The position numbers and the translations under genes are program-made. From an uncultured Acidimicrobiaceae bacterium (GTDB lineage Bacteria > Actinomycetota > Acidimicrobiia > Spongiisociales > UBA5794), in NCBI GenBank assembly GCA_964581295.1, contig CAZONX010000003.1, positions 2,406 through 66,405 of the forward strand: DNA of 64,000 bases, given 5' to 3'. This document shows positions 1-8,134 of this stretch, one piece after another (the first letter of the stretch is position 1; each line of letters opens with the position of its first letter). Under the pieces are notes generated by a model. The model had not been told where the DNA came from. It made no database searches and saw only the letters and a program-made list of their open reading frames with translations.

Positions 1-744
1 GCCGGCTGGACGTTCGACCATCTCGACCCCATTTTCAACGACGCTCCGGGTCCGGTGTTCGAGGGATGGACGATGCTCGCGGCGTTGAGTGGCATCGTCC
101 AGCGGGTGCGGCTCGGCATCCTCGTGACCGGCAACACCTACCGCCATCCGGCCGTCCTCGCCAACATGGCGGCAACGCTCGACGTTGCATCGGGTGGCCG
201 GCTGGAGATTGGTCTCGGCACCGGGTGGGTCGAGGACGAGCACCGTGCATACAGCATTGCACTGCCTTCATGGAAGGAACGCTTCGACCGACTCGAAGAG
301 ACCTGCGAGATTCTCCACCTGCTCTTCACACGAGAGACCACCGACTTTGACGGCCCCTTCCACCAGTTGCGTGGGGCACGTGCGCTCCCGAAGCCGATCC
401 AACAGCCGCACCCGCCCATCGCGATCGGCGGAGTTGGAGAGAAGCGCACACTGCGCATCGCAGCAATGTGGGCCGATCACTGGAACCTGCCGGGCGGCGA
501 TCCCGAGATCTTGAAACACAAAGTCGAGGTGCTCCATCAGCACTGCGCCGACGTTGGCCGGGATCCGGCAGAGATCGAAGTGTCGGCCAAGATCATGGCA
601 GACGGTGACCCCGGAGCCCTCGCAGACTTGGTTGGCCGATTCCGAGAAGCCGGCGCTGACCACATCATCGCGCTGTTCGAAGCGCCGTTCGATCCGGCAA
701 GACTCGGCACCGTCGCCGACCGGCTCGCCCCCGTCATCGCCTGA
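1..744 (+). CDS. LLM-class (luciferase-like) F420/flavin-dependent oxidoreductase, 5'-partial (continues upstream of window)
   Basis: ORF 55..744 stays open in frame to base 1. The translation is a typical luciferase-like monooxygenase / LLM F420-dependent oxidoreductase (…GNTYRHPAVLANMAATLDVASGGRLEIGLGTGW…EAGADHIIALFEAPFD). No start codon in the window. Confidence 0.75.
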   Translation, partial: AGWTFDHLDPIFNDAPGPVFEGWTMLAALSGIVQRVRLGILVTGNTYRHPAVLANMAATLDVASGGRLEIGLGTGWVEDEHRAYSIALPSWKERFDRLEETCEILHLLFTRETTDFDGPFHQLRGARALPKPIQQPHPPIAIGGVGEKRTLRIAAMWADHWNLPGGDPEILKHKVEVLHQHCADVGRDPAEIEVSAKIMADGDPGALADLVGRFREAGADHIIALFEAPFDPARLGTVADRLAPVIA

Positions 745-794
745 GTAGGACGGCTCGGGGCTCGACGGTCGCATCGTCGCCTGAACGCGGCCAC

Positions 795-1841
795 TCAGGG
801 CTCGATGATCACCTTGAGTGCGCCGTCGCGCCGTTCATTGAAGGTGTCGATCGCTTCGCGGAAGTCTGCGAGGGGAAATGTGTGGGTGTGGAGCTCGTTC
901 ACCCGAATGCGACCGTCCGACACCAGCGGCATCGCTCGGCGCATACCGCCAGCCGTGGCACGCACGCCAACCAGCTCCTTCTCGTAGAGCACCAACTCTT
1001 GGAGCGACAGCGACACGTCCTCGACCGGGATACCCACCGAGGCACAACGCCCGCCCTTGTGCAGCATGGCGAGCGCCCAACGGTACGAATCGGGTACACC
1101 GGCACAGTCGAGCGCCACGTCGGGGCCGATGTCTTCGGTCATTGCTCGGACTGCTTCAACCGGATCGACCACGGTGTAGTCCACTGTCTCGTGTCCGAGC
1201 TCTGCCGCCTTCGCGAGGCGCTCTCCGCGGCCGACCACGATCACCCGACCAGCGCCAAGCGCACGGGCCGCGTCGGCCGCCAGCAGTCCAACCGGGCCTG
1301 GGCCGAGCACCACGACGGTGGCTCCGGAGCTGATGTTCCCGCGCTCGGCGGTGTGCAGAGCGATCGCCGCCGGATCGAGAAGCGCCCCTTCGTGGAAGCT
1401 CATCTCGTTCGGCAGGTGAAACACCGATTTGACTCCGTGGACGACATACTCGGCGAAGGCCCCCTGCCAGTTGTGGCCGTATTGGCGATGCACGTCGGTG
1501 TTGCCGTAGTTCTCGCACAGGTTGTATCGACCTTCCACGCACTTCTTGCAGAAGCCGCACGCGTCGTGCGAGGTGCCAGCCACCCGGTCACCGACGGCGA
1601 ATCCGAGCGCAGCGGCACCCTCGCCGAGTTCGCAGACCACCCCGGACCACTCGTGCCCGGGAATGAACGGATACGCGGGCGGCCAGAAGCCCGGGTAGTC
1701 GCCCCGAAGCAGGTGGGCGTCGGTGCCGCAGATCGTGATCGCCTTGACGCGACAAAGGACCTCCTGTGTCCCTGGAACGGGCTTGTCGACTTCCTCGATC
1801 GAGAACTCGCTCGGACCGGTGAGCACCAGAGCCTTCATGGG
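795..1841 (-). CDS. Zn-dependent alcohol dehydrogenase (MDR superfamily)
   Basis: Classic MDR motifs (CGTDAHLL…GHEWSGVV, structural Zn Cys cluster CGFCKKCVEGRYNLC, Rossmann VLGPGPVGLLAADAARALGA). Start chosen at MKALVL (ATG ~1841) with AGGAGA RBS. Last gene of the minus-strand Mo-hydroxylase operon. Confidence 0.85.
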   Translation of the reverse strand, partial: PMKALVLTGPSEFSIEEVDKPVPGTQEVLCRVKAITICGTDAHLLRGDYPGFWPPAYPFIPGHEWSGVVCELGEGAAALGFAVGDRVAGTSHDACGFCKKCVEGRYNLCENYGNTDVHRQYGHNWQGAFAEYVVHGVKSVFHLPNEMSFHEGALLDPAAIALHTAERGNISSGATVVVLGPGPVGLLAADAARALGAGRVIVVGRGERLAKAAELGHETVDYTVVDPVEAVRAMTEDIGPDVALDCAGVPDSYRWALAMLHKGGRCASVGIPVEDVSLSLQELVLYEKELVGVRATAGGMRRAMPLVSDGRIRVNELHTHTFPLADFREAIDTFNERRDGALKVIIEP

Positions 1842-1851
1842 GTGTCTCCTC

Positions 1852-2742
1852 TCAGAGCATCGCCAGCGGATCAACCATCGAGCCCGTCGCACCCCGGATC
1901 TTGAGCGGGAGCATCACGAAGAGGAACTCGTACACCTTGTCGCGAGCGATGTCCTCGAGGTAGATGCTCTCAAGGAGGTAGATCCCGTTCTCGATGAGCA
2001 GTTTCGTATGCACCGGCTGCGGGTTCGCAGGCGACCCGCGGTCGGGCGTCGGCATGACCTCATAGGTCTCGGTGTCGGTGCCGGTTGCGACGACACCCTT
2101 CTCCAACAGCCACTCGGCGGCCGAGAGATCGGGCCCGGCCGTCTTGTGTTCTGCCATCGCATCGGCATCGGGCCAGTACTTCAGATACCCGGTGCGAATG
2201 AGCACAACATCCCATGGCCGGACCTCGACACCTTGGGCTTCTGCGATCGCCTGCAACTCGTCTGCACCGACCGGCTCGCTCGATGGGAGAGCGTCGACGC
2301 CGCGGAACGCGGGCGGATCGAGCAGGACGCCCCTCGTGAAGAACGGCGGGAGGTGCGAGGCGTCGCCGACGATCGGTCCGTGGTCCGTGAGGTGCTCGGC
2401 GGTGTTGCCCCCGCCGTACCAGTGGTTGTCGTCCCCGATCGTCATATGACCGAGACCGTCGATGTGCGCCCCGGAATGCGAGCACGCCATCACGTACTCC
2501 GCCATATACCCGAGGCCGACCTCGTTGGGCGGTCCCCACGGCTGCACGTTGCCGGCCTTGATCCCGGGGGGCGTGCGATAGTTCAACACCTGGAACGGGG
2601 GATGGCCGGGGAACAGCGGCATCCCGGTGAAGCGTGGAACCGACAGCGAATAGGAGCGGCCCTCCTTCACCATTTGTGCGGCTTCGACCACCTTGCTGGC
2701 CGGCATGTCTCTCACCGGGCCGACGTGTTGGATCTCGCTCAT
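1852..2742 (-). CDS. cyclase-family protein (kynurenine formamidase-like metal-dependent hydrolase)
   Basis: Putative-cyclase / KynB-like fold motifs (HSGAHIDGLGH…, DHGPIVGD…). Start at MSEIQH (ATG 2742) forms an ATGA overlap with the stop of the upstream Mo-subunit gene (2739). Confidence 0.75.
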   Translation of the reverse strand: MSEIQHVGPVRDMPASKVVEAAQMVKEGRSYSLSVPRFTGMPLFPGHPPFQVLNYRTPPGIKAGNVQPWGPPNEVGLGYMAEYVMACSHSGAHIDGLGHMTIGDDNHWYGGGNTAEHLTDHGPIVGDASHLPPFFTRGVLLDPPAFRGVDALPSSEPVGADELQAIAEAQGVEVRPWDVVLIRTGYLKYWPDADAMAEHKTAGPDLSAAEWLLEKGVVATGTDTETYEVMPTPDRGSPANPQPVHTKLLIENGIYLLESIYLEDIARDKVYEFLFVMLPLKIRGATGSMVDPLAML

Positions 2743-4988
2743 GCCTGCTCCCTCATTGCTTCCCAGACGCGTTGTGGCGTGAGCGGCAGGTCGCGTATCA
2801 CCAACCCGGTGGCGTCGCGTACCGCGGCGCCGACGGCAGGAGCCGTGCACAGCAGGCTCCCCTCGCTCACACCCTTGACTCCGTACGGACCGGGTCCGTC
2901 GTGGTTCTCGATGCTCTCGCTGATCAACTCGGTCGGTAGGTCCTTGCTGGTAGGAATCCGGTAGTCGATCGCTCCGAGGTTCCTGACGCGGCCTTCCTCA
3001 TCGAGGATGTAGCCCTCCATCAGCGAATGCCCAAGGCCCATGATTGCGGCGCCGTCGTCCTGCCCGTGCACCTGCTGCGGGTTGAGGGCGGTGCCGATAT
3101 CACCGACGGTGACGTGCCGGATAATGGTGATCTCTCCGGTCTCGCCGTCGACCTCCGCCTCGATCGCAGTGCAGTTGAATTCGAAGAATGCTGCCGACCC
3201 GGCGAGCGGATGGCTCGGCACCTTGTCTTTGCGCATCTCACCGTTGCCGATGACTTCGCCGCCGAGCGGAGCGAGCGCCTGCTGCACTACCTCCACGATC
3301 GGCAGGTCTTCGCCTGCGAGACGCACAACGCCGCCGTCAACTTCGATGTCGTCTTCGTCTACGCCGTGGACTCGAGCGGCCATGGCCTTGACCTTGCCGT
3401 GAATGTCCTTGCAGGCGCGGTACACCGAGGTGCCCATGAGCACGGTCGAGCGACTGGCCGATGTCTGCTGGTCGTATGGCACCGTCGCGGTGTCACCCAT
3501 GATCACGTTGACACGTTCGATGGGGATGCCCATCTCCTGTGCAACGATCTGAGCGAACACGGTCCTCGCGCCCTGGCCCATGTCGGACGTCCCACTGAAG
3601 AGGATTGCGCTGCCGTCGTTGAGCAGCCGCACCGTCGAGTAGGACAGTCCGGTCGTCGGCCCCGACTTGAGACCGAGGGCAATGCCCCGGCCGCGACCCT
3701 CCGGAAGCGGCTTGTCCCATCCAATTAGCTCGGCGGCCTTGTCGATTGTCTCGACCCAATTGCCGTCGGCCGGCGTGTCCCCCGGCACGAATTCGTAGCC
3801 CGGCTCCGGCAGATTCCGCTTCCTGATCTCGAGCCGGTCGATCCCCAGCTCGATCGCAGCCTCGTCGAGCGTGGACTCACGCGCCCAGGTGATCTGGGGA
3901 ACACCGAACCCGCGGAACGCGGTCGTGGGCGTGGTGTTCGACAGAATTGTGCGACCCATGATCTTGACGACCGGCACCTTGTAGGGACCGGCCGCGACAT
4001 ACGACGACTTGGCCGCCACTCGATCAGCGATATCGACGTATGCACCGATGAGATAATTGGTCTCGATATCGTTGTAGATCAGCGTGCCGTCGAGCGTCAT
4101 GCCCATCTTCACCCGAACGCGGGTCGACGGGCGACGGACGGCCTGGAACGTCTCTTCGAGCGACATGATCAGACGCACCGGTCGCCCGGTTGCGAGCGCC
4201 ATGTAGCACACGAGCGGTTCGAGCTTCGGGTGCTGTTTGCCGCCGAAGCCCCCGCCGGGGTCCGGAGCGAACACCCGCAACTTCGAGAGCGGGATATCGA
4301 GCAGGCCGGCGAGCGTCTTCTGGAGCTGGAACGGATGCTGAATCGTGCTCCACACGTTGAGTTCGTGACCGTCCGGTTGCGCGATGAACGCGTGCGGCTC
4401 GATTGCGAAGTGCGTGATCATCGGGAATTCGTACTCCCGCTCGATCACGTATTCGGCGTCGCCTTCCACGGCCTCGACGTCGCCCCAACCGAACTTGATC
4501 TCGCTCTTGATGTTGGTGTTAGCGAACGGCTCGCCCTGCCGCAGCGACGGATCCTGAACGAGCGACGCTCCGGGATCGAGGGCAGCATCGATGGAGAAGA
4601 CGGCGGGGAGCACCTCATACTCGATCTCGACGAGGGCGGCAGCCTCTTCGGCGATCTCTTTCGTCTCGGCTGCGACGGCCGCAACCGGTTCACCGTGGTA
4701 GTTCACCGTGTCAACCGCGAGGACCGGGCGGTCCGCGTACTGCGGGCCGAACCGAGGCATCGGCTTCGGCAGGTCGTCCGCCGTCATGATCAGCCGGACC
4801 CCAGGGACTTGCTCAGCCTTCGTGGTGTCGATAGAGATGATGCGCGCACGCGACTCGTCGATCTTGACGAGCTTGGCGTGCAATTCGTCGACGAGATGGA
4901 TGTCTGCGACGTATTGCTGGGCGCCGGTGACACGATCTCTTCCGCCGACACGGTTTGGTGAGGCTCCGACGAGCTCGTTGGCAGTCAT
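2739..4988 (-). CDS. molybdopterin-dependent hydroxylase large subunit (xanthine dehydrogenase / aldehyde oxidase family, CoxL/XdhA-like)
   Basis: 749 aa. Aldehyde-oxidase/XDH a/b-hammerhead plus MoCo-binding domains (GGGFGGK, FRGFGVPQ, …SGTSDMGQGARTVFAQIVAQEMGIP…). Lacks the CODH VAYRCSFR loop. Start at MTANEL (ATG 4988) overlaps the small-subunit stop (ATGA). Confidence 0.9.
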   Translation of the reverse strand: MTANELVGASPNRVGGRDRVTGAQQYVADIHLVDELHAKLVKIDESRARIISIDTTKAEQVPGVRLIMTADDLPKPMPRFGPQYADRPVLAVDTVNYHGEPVAAVAAETKEIAEEAAALVEIEYEVLPAVFSIDAALDPGASLVQDPSLRQGEPFANTNIKSEIKFGWGDVEAVEGDAEYVIEREYEFPMITHFAIEPHAFIAQPDGHELNVWSTIQHPFQLQKTLAGLLDIPLSKLRVFAPDPGGGFGGKQHPKLEPLVCYMALATGRPVRLIMSLEETFQAVRRPSTRVRVKMGMTLDGTLIYNDIETNYLIGAYVDIADRVAAKSSYVAAGPYKVPVVKIMGRTILSNTTPTTAFRGFGVPQITWARESTLDEAAIELGIDRLEIRKRNLPEPGYEFVPGDTPADGNWVETIDKAAELIGWDKPLPEGRGRGIALGLKSGPTTGLSYSTVRLLNDGSAILFSGTSDMGQGARTVFAQIVAQEMGIPIERVNVIMGDTATVPYDQQTSASRSTVLMGTSVYRACKDIHGKVKAMAARVHGVDEDDIEVDGGVVRLAGEDLPIVEVVQQALAPLGGEVIGNGEMRKDKVPSHPLAGSAAFFEFNCTAIEAEVDGETGEITIIRHVTVGDIGTALNPQQVHGQDDGAAIMGLGHSLMEGYILDEEGRVRNLGAIDYRIPTSKDLPTELISESIENHDGPGPYGVKGVSEGSLLCTAPAVGAAVRDATGLVIRDLPLTPQRVWEAMREQA

Positions 4989-5461
4989 TCCTTCCCCACC
5001 TTCGCTGCCGTGAGCACGGCCTCGGTGATCTGGAGATAGCCGGCGCATCGGCAGAGATTCCCACCGAGGGCCTCATGCACGTCGTCGATCGTCGGGTCGG
5101 GATTGCTTTGCAGAAGTGCATGCGCAGACATCAACTGACCCGGGATGCAGAATCCGCACTGCGGCGCACTGAGGTCGAGGAAAGCCTGCTGGAGGGCATT
5201 CAGGTGCCCGTCCGCCGCCAGGCCTTCCACACTCGTCACGTCTCGCCCGTCGATCTCGACGGCGAGCATCAGGCAGGAGTTCATCGGAATGCCATCGACG
5301 ACCACGGTGCACGCACCGCATTCGCCAACGACGCAGCACTCCTTGGTCCCGGTGAGCCCGAGTTGATCGCGCAGAACGTCGAGCAAGGTGTGGTTCGCGG
5401 CGACGTCGAACGCACGATCGCGACCGTTGATGGTTGCTTCGATGTGGACCGTTTCGCTCAT
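4985..5461 (-). CDS. (2Fe-2S)-binding small subunit of Mo-hydroxylase (CoxS/XdhC-like)
   Basis: 158 aa with both [2Fe-2S] cysteine clusters (GTKECCVVGECGACTV… and …CGFCIPGQ…CRCAGY). ATGA overlaps on both sides. Confidence 0.9.
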   Translation of the reverse strand: MSETVHIEATINGRDRAFDVAANHTLLDVLRDQLGLTGTKECCVVGECGACTVVVDGIPMNSCLMLAVEIDGRDVTSVEGLAADGHLNALQQAFLDLSAPQCGFCIPGQLMSAHALLQSNPDPTIDDVHEALGGNLCRCAGYLQITEAVLTAAKVGKE

Positions 5462-6330
5462 GACACTCCTTGCAGTTCTTGCAGGCGCGAAATCGCCCGC
5501 TCCACGGCGCGCGCACCGAGCACCCGCAGCATCGCCCGGCGATAGTCTGGACTCGCGCGCATGGATCGAACCGACGGGCTGGCGTCGGCGAAGATCTCCT
5601 CGAACACCGCAGCCTTGGCGTCGGCAGACGCGTCGGGGTCGGCAAGAACACCGGTGTCGTCCGTTCGCAGCCAGGCACGAGGCCCAACGCTTCCGAAGGC
5701 GACCTGCGTGACGCCCGCATCATCGACCGTGGCTGCAAGCGTGACCGAAGCCAGGTCGGTGCCCTTGCGTCGGGTCATCCTTTCGTACGCGGCGCCGATC
5801 GGGCGCGACGGCACGGTCAATTCGAGGGCGAAACCGATCTCGCCGTCGCGAAGATCGACCGTGCCAGGGCCAACGATGAAGTCGTCGATGGGGACCCTCC
5901 GGAGGCCTTCGGGTCCGGCGGCGATGACGATGGCGTCGTAGGCCAACAGCGGTGGTGCCGTGTCGGCGGCTGGCGATCCGTTGCAGATGTTGCCGAGCAC
6001 CGTGGCTCGATTCCTGATTTGCACCGAACCCACCACCACGGCGGCCTCGACCAGCGCAGGAAAGTGCTGGTTGATCCGCTCATCGACGACGACCTGGGTC
6101 ATGGTGGCCGCAGCGCTGAGCGTCACGGTGTCTCCATCCCAGGCCAACGCCGGATACAACTCGGCGACGCGCTTGAGATCGACCACCACCTTCGGCTGCT
6201 TCCACCGATCCCGCATGGCGATCACCAGATCGGTACCGCCGGCGAGGATCTCGGTCTCCGAGCCGCTTGTAGCGAGCACCTGAAGCGCTTCGTCAAGCGA
6301 CTCAGGACGTTCGTAGGAGAACTCCTTCAT
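5458..6330 (-). CDS. FAD-binding subunit of Mo-hydroxylase (CoxM/XdhB-like, FAD_binding_5 + CO_deh_flav_C)
   Basis: 290 aa, MKEFSYERPESLDEAL…AGGTDLV…RATVLGNICNGSPAADTAPPLLAYDA…. First of the three redox subunits. 21-bp gap to the upstream gene. Confidence 0.85.
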   Translation of the reverse strand: MKEFSYERPESLDEALQVLATSGSETEILAGGTDLVIAMRDRWKQPKVVVDLKRVAELYPALAWDGDTVTLSAAATMTQVVVDERINQHFPALVEAAVVVGSVQIRNRATVLGNICNGSPAADTAPPLLAYDAIVIAAGPEGLRRVPIDDFIVGPGTVDLRDGEIGFALELTVPSRPIGAAYERMTRRKGTDLASVTLAATVDDAGVTQVAFGSVGPRAWLRTDDTGVLADPDASADAKAAVFEEIFADASPSVRSMRASPDYRRAMLRVLGARAVERAISRLQELQGVS

Positions 6331-6351
6331 GTCGTCACGCTCTCTTGATCG

Positions 6352-7239
6352 CTAGATGACCTTGTCTGCCTCGTCCATGATTGCCTGCGGGTTCGCTGCA
6401 CGAATCATGTAGAACGAGCGCGGTCCGCAGAAGCTCTCGGTGAAGTCGGCGCGTGACTGACGCAGCGCTTCGGTATCGGTCAGTGGCATCGTGTGCCCAG
6501 GAGCGAGCAACTCGTTCGTGAGGAAGTAGTTCTGGAGCGAATGGAAGTTCTGGAACTGCGCCTCGAACTGACCGAGTTCGGTCGTCGTCGGGTCGAAGTT
6601 GCCGTCGATGGCGGGAACGATCACGACGTCGACGTTGCTCGGCTCGTCGTAGTCCTCCCACGTCGGCATCTCGTCACCGAAGAAGATCTGCGCGCCGCGC
6701 TCGGGAGCAGCCTTGTCGGCCCGCTCGGTTCCCTTGGCACGGCTCTTGATGAAGACCGTCTTGGATCCCATGATCACGGTGCCCGAATCGTCGATGACCG
6801 TGGTCTCGGTCGAGACGAGCTTGCCACCGCGCCGGCACGCCTCGATCTGGCACATGCTCTTGCCATGGTTGGATTCGCCACCGAGGAACAAGACGGTCTT
6901 GCCCTTGTAGCGCACGGCCGATGAATGGAACGGATGCAGGCCCTTGGCCTCCATGCGCAACGCCAGCACGGTCACGATCGCCTTCTGGATCGGACCCTCG
7001 GCCCAGTCGCCGTTGAAGCGCATCGTGGTGCCGTCCCAGGCCACCGACTTCTCTGCCACGTCGCGGTCCCAGACCAGGTCGGGCTCGCTCAGCGTGACGT
7101 CCGACTCCAGCTGCACGGATGCGAGGCGGTAATTCATGAAGTCCATGTTCTGGAGCACGTGCTCGGGAACCTCGACGCCGATGACGTCGATCCGGATCCT
7201 TGCGCCGGCTGCCGACATTTCTTCGGTAAGCGTGGCCAT
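6352..7239 (-). CDS. HPr kinase/phosphorylase C-terminal-domain-like P-loop protein (function unknown), first gene of Mo-hydroxylase operon 1
   Basis: The internal segment GKTVLFLGGESNHGKSMCQIEACRRGGKLVSTETTVID matches the HprK C-domain P-loop pattern (G-x-S-x-x-GKS…L-E-x-x-x-RG-x-x-LV-x-D). Start at MATLTEEM (ATG 7239) with a strong GAAGGAGA RBS. The longer track ORF 6352..7437 has an Arg-rich, implausible N-terminus. Confidence 0.5.
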   Translation of the reverse strand: MATLTEEMSAAGARIRIDVIGVEVPEHVLQNMDFMNYRLASVQLESDVTLSEPDLVWDRDVAEKSVAWDGTTMRFNGDWAEGPIQKAIVTVLALRMEAKGLHPFHSSAVRYKGKTVLFLGGESNHGKSMCQIEACRRGGKLVSTETTVIDDSGTVIMGSKTVFIKSRAKGTERADKAAPERGAQIFFGDEMPTWEDYDEPSNVDVVIVPAIDGNFDPTTTELGQFEAQFQNFHSLQNYFLTNELLAPGHTMPLTDTEALRQSRADFTESFCGPRSFYMIRAANPQAIMDEADKVI

Positions 7240-7369
7240 GGTTGTTTCTCCTTCGTCTGTTGGTCGTTCTTGATTCTGTCGGCGCGTCGAGCCGCGCCCG
7301 ACGCGTTGGCGTTCGTTCACGGGGCTCCGGCGCCTGCCGCCGCTGCGGCCCTCGTGATCTCTGTTGTTG

Positions 7370-8098
7370 CTAGCCCTCGGCAGCCTCCTCGGAGACCGCC
7401 TCCGAAACCGCTTCGGCAAGGCCTTCGCGCACCTCATCGAGCCCTTCGATTAGGAGGGCCGCCTCGGCCGCATGCGTACGGCTCCGTTCGGCGGCAAGCT
7501 CGGGGTCCTGGTCGCGAATCGCGGCGAGGAGTGGTTCGTGTCGGAGCGAAAGCCAGTGCAGGTCCACACCGGGGGTCGACGCTGTGACGTAGGTTCGCGA
7601 GAACGGCTCGAGCATCGACCACTGGCGTGCCAGAGTCTCGTTGTGCGCGGCGGCAACGATCCGCGCGTGGAACTTCGTGTTGTGGATGGCCTGGTCGTGC
7701 GCGTCGCCGCGAGCAGCGGCCTCTTTCATCGCCACATAGAGGGCTTCAAGATCGGCGATGCACTGTTCGGTTCGCCGCTCAGCCGCCAGCCTTCCGGCCA
7801 GCGCCTCGAGCTCGGCGCGCACCTCGATCGCTTCTGTGAGCTCTTGCCTCGTCGGCTTGCGCACTCGCGCACCCTTGTGGGGCTTCATCTCGACGAAGCC
7901 AAGGATTGCGAGGTCCCGCAGTGCTTCGCGCACCGGTGCCTGGCTGACACCGAGGTCGCGAGCCACCCGGGTCTCGACGATGCGAGACCCGGGCTCCAGC
8001 TCTCCTTCGAGAATCCACGTGAGAATGCGGTCCTTCACCCGCTCGGAGAGAACTTCTCTCTCCATGGGTTCCGGTTGCGTCTCTTGTCGATTCGTCAT
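7370..8098 (-). CDS. GntR-family transcriptional regulator (FadR subfamily, FCD C-terminal domain)
   Basis: N-terminal wHTH (…ETRVARDLGVSQAPVREALRDLAILGFVEMKPHKGARV) plus FCD-type helical effector domain. Start could be 8098 (MTNRQ) or 8065 (MEREV). Confidence 0.85.
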   Translation of the reverse strand: MTNRQETQPEPMEREVLSERVKDRILTWILEGELEPGSRIVETRVARDLGVSQAPVREALRDLAILGFVEMKPHKGARVRKPTRQELTEAIEVRAELEALAGRLAAERRTEQCIADLEALYVAMKEAAARGDAHDQAIHNTKFHARIVAAAHNETLARQWSMLEPFSRTYVTASTPGVDLHWLSLRHEPLLAAIRDQDPELAAERSRTHAAEAALLIEGLDEVREGLAEAVSEAVSEEAAEG

Positions 8099-8106
8099 AT
8101 CAGTGT

Positions 8107-8125
8107 TGGGCCCTCGGAGGGCCCA
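8107..8125. promoter_or_regulatory. 19-bp perfect palindrome TGGGCCCTCgGAGGGCCCA between the PpsA-like stop and the GntR start (terminator hairpin and/or operator)
   Basis: Seen directly. 9-bp arms, 9 nt upstream of the GntR ATG at 8098. Confidence 0.45.
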
Positions 8126-8134
8126 CTCCTATCC

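Noticed and set aside
745-794. Intrinsic terminator between the convergent LLM oxidoreductase and ADH genes
   Set aside because: No clean inverted repeat could be read in the 50-bp gap. Left unannotated.
2739-4988. Possibility that the Mo enzymes are aerobic CO dehydrogenases (CoxLMS)
   Set aside because: Neither large subunit has the form I (VAYRCSFR) or form II (AYRGAGR) active-site loop. Both have XDH/aldehyde-oxidase-type FRGFG / YRGYG loops, so they are called generic Mo-hydroxylases.
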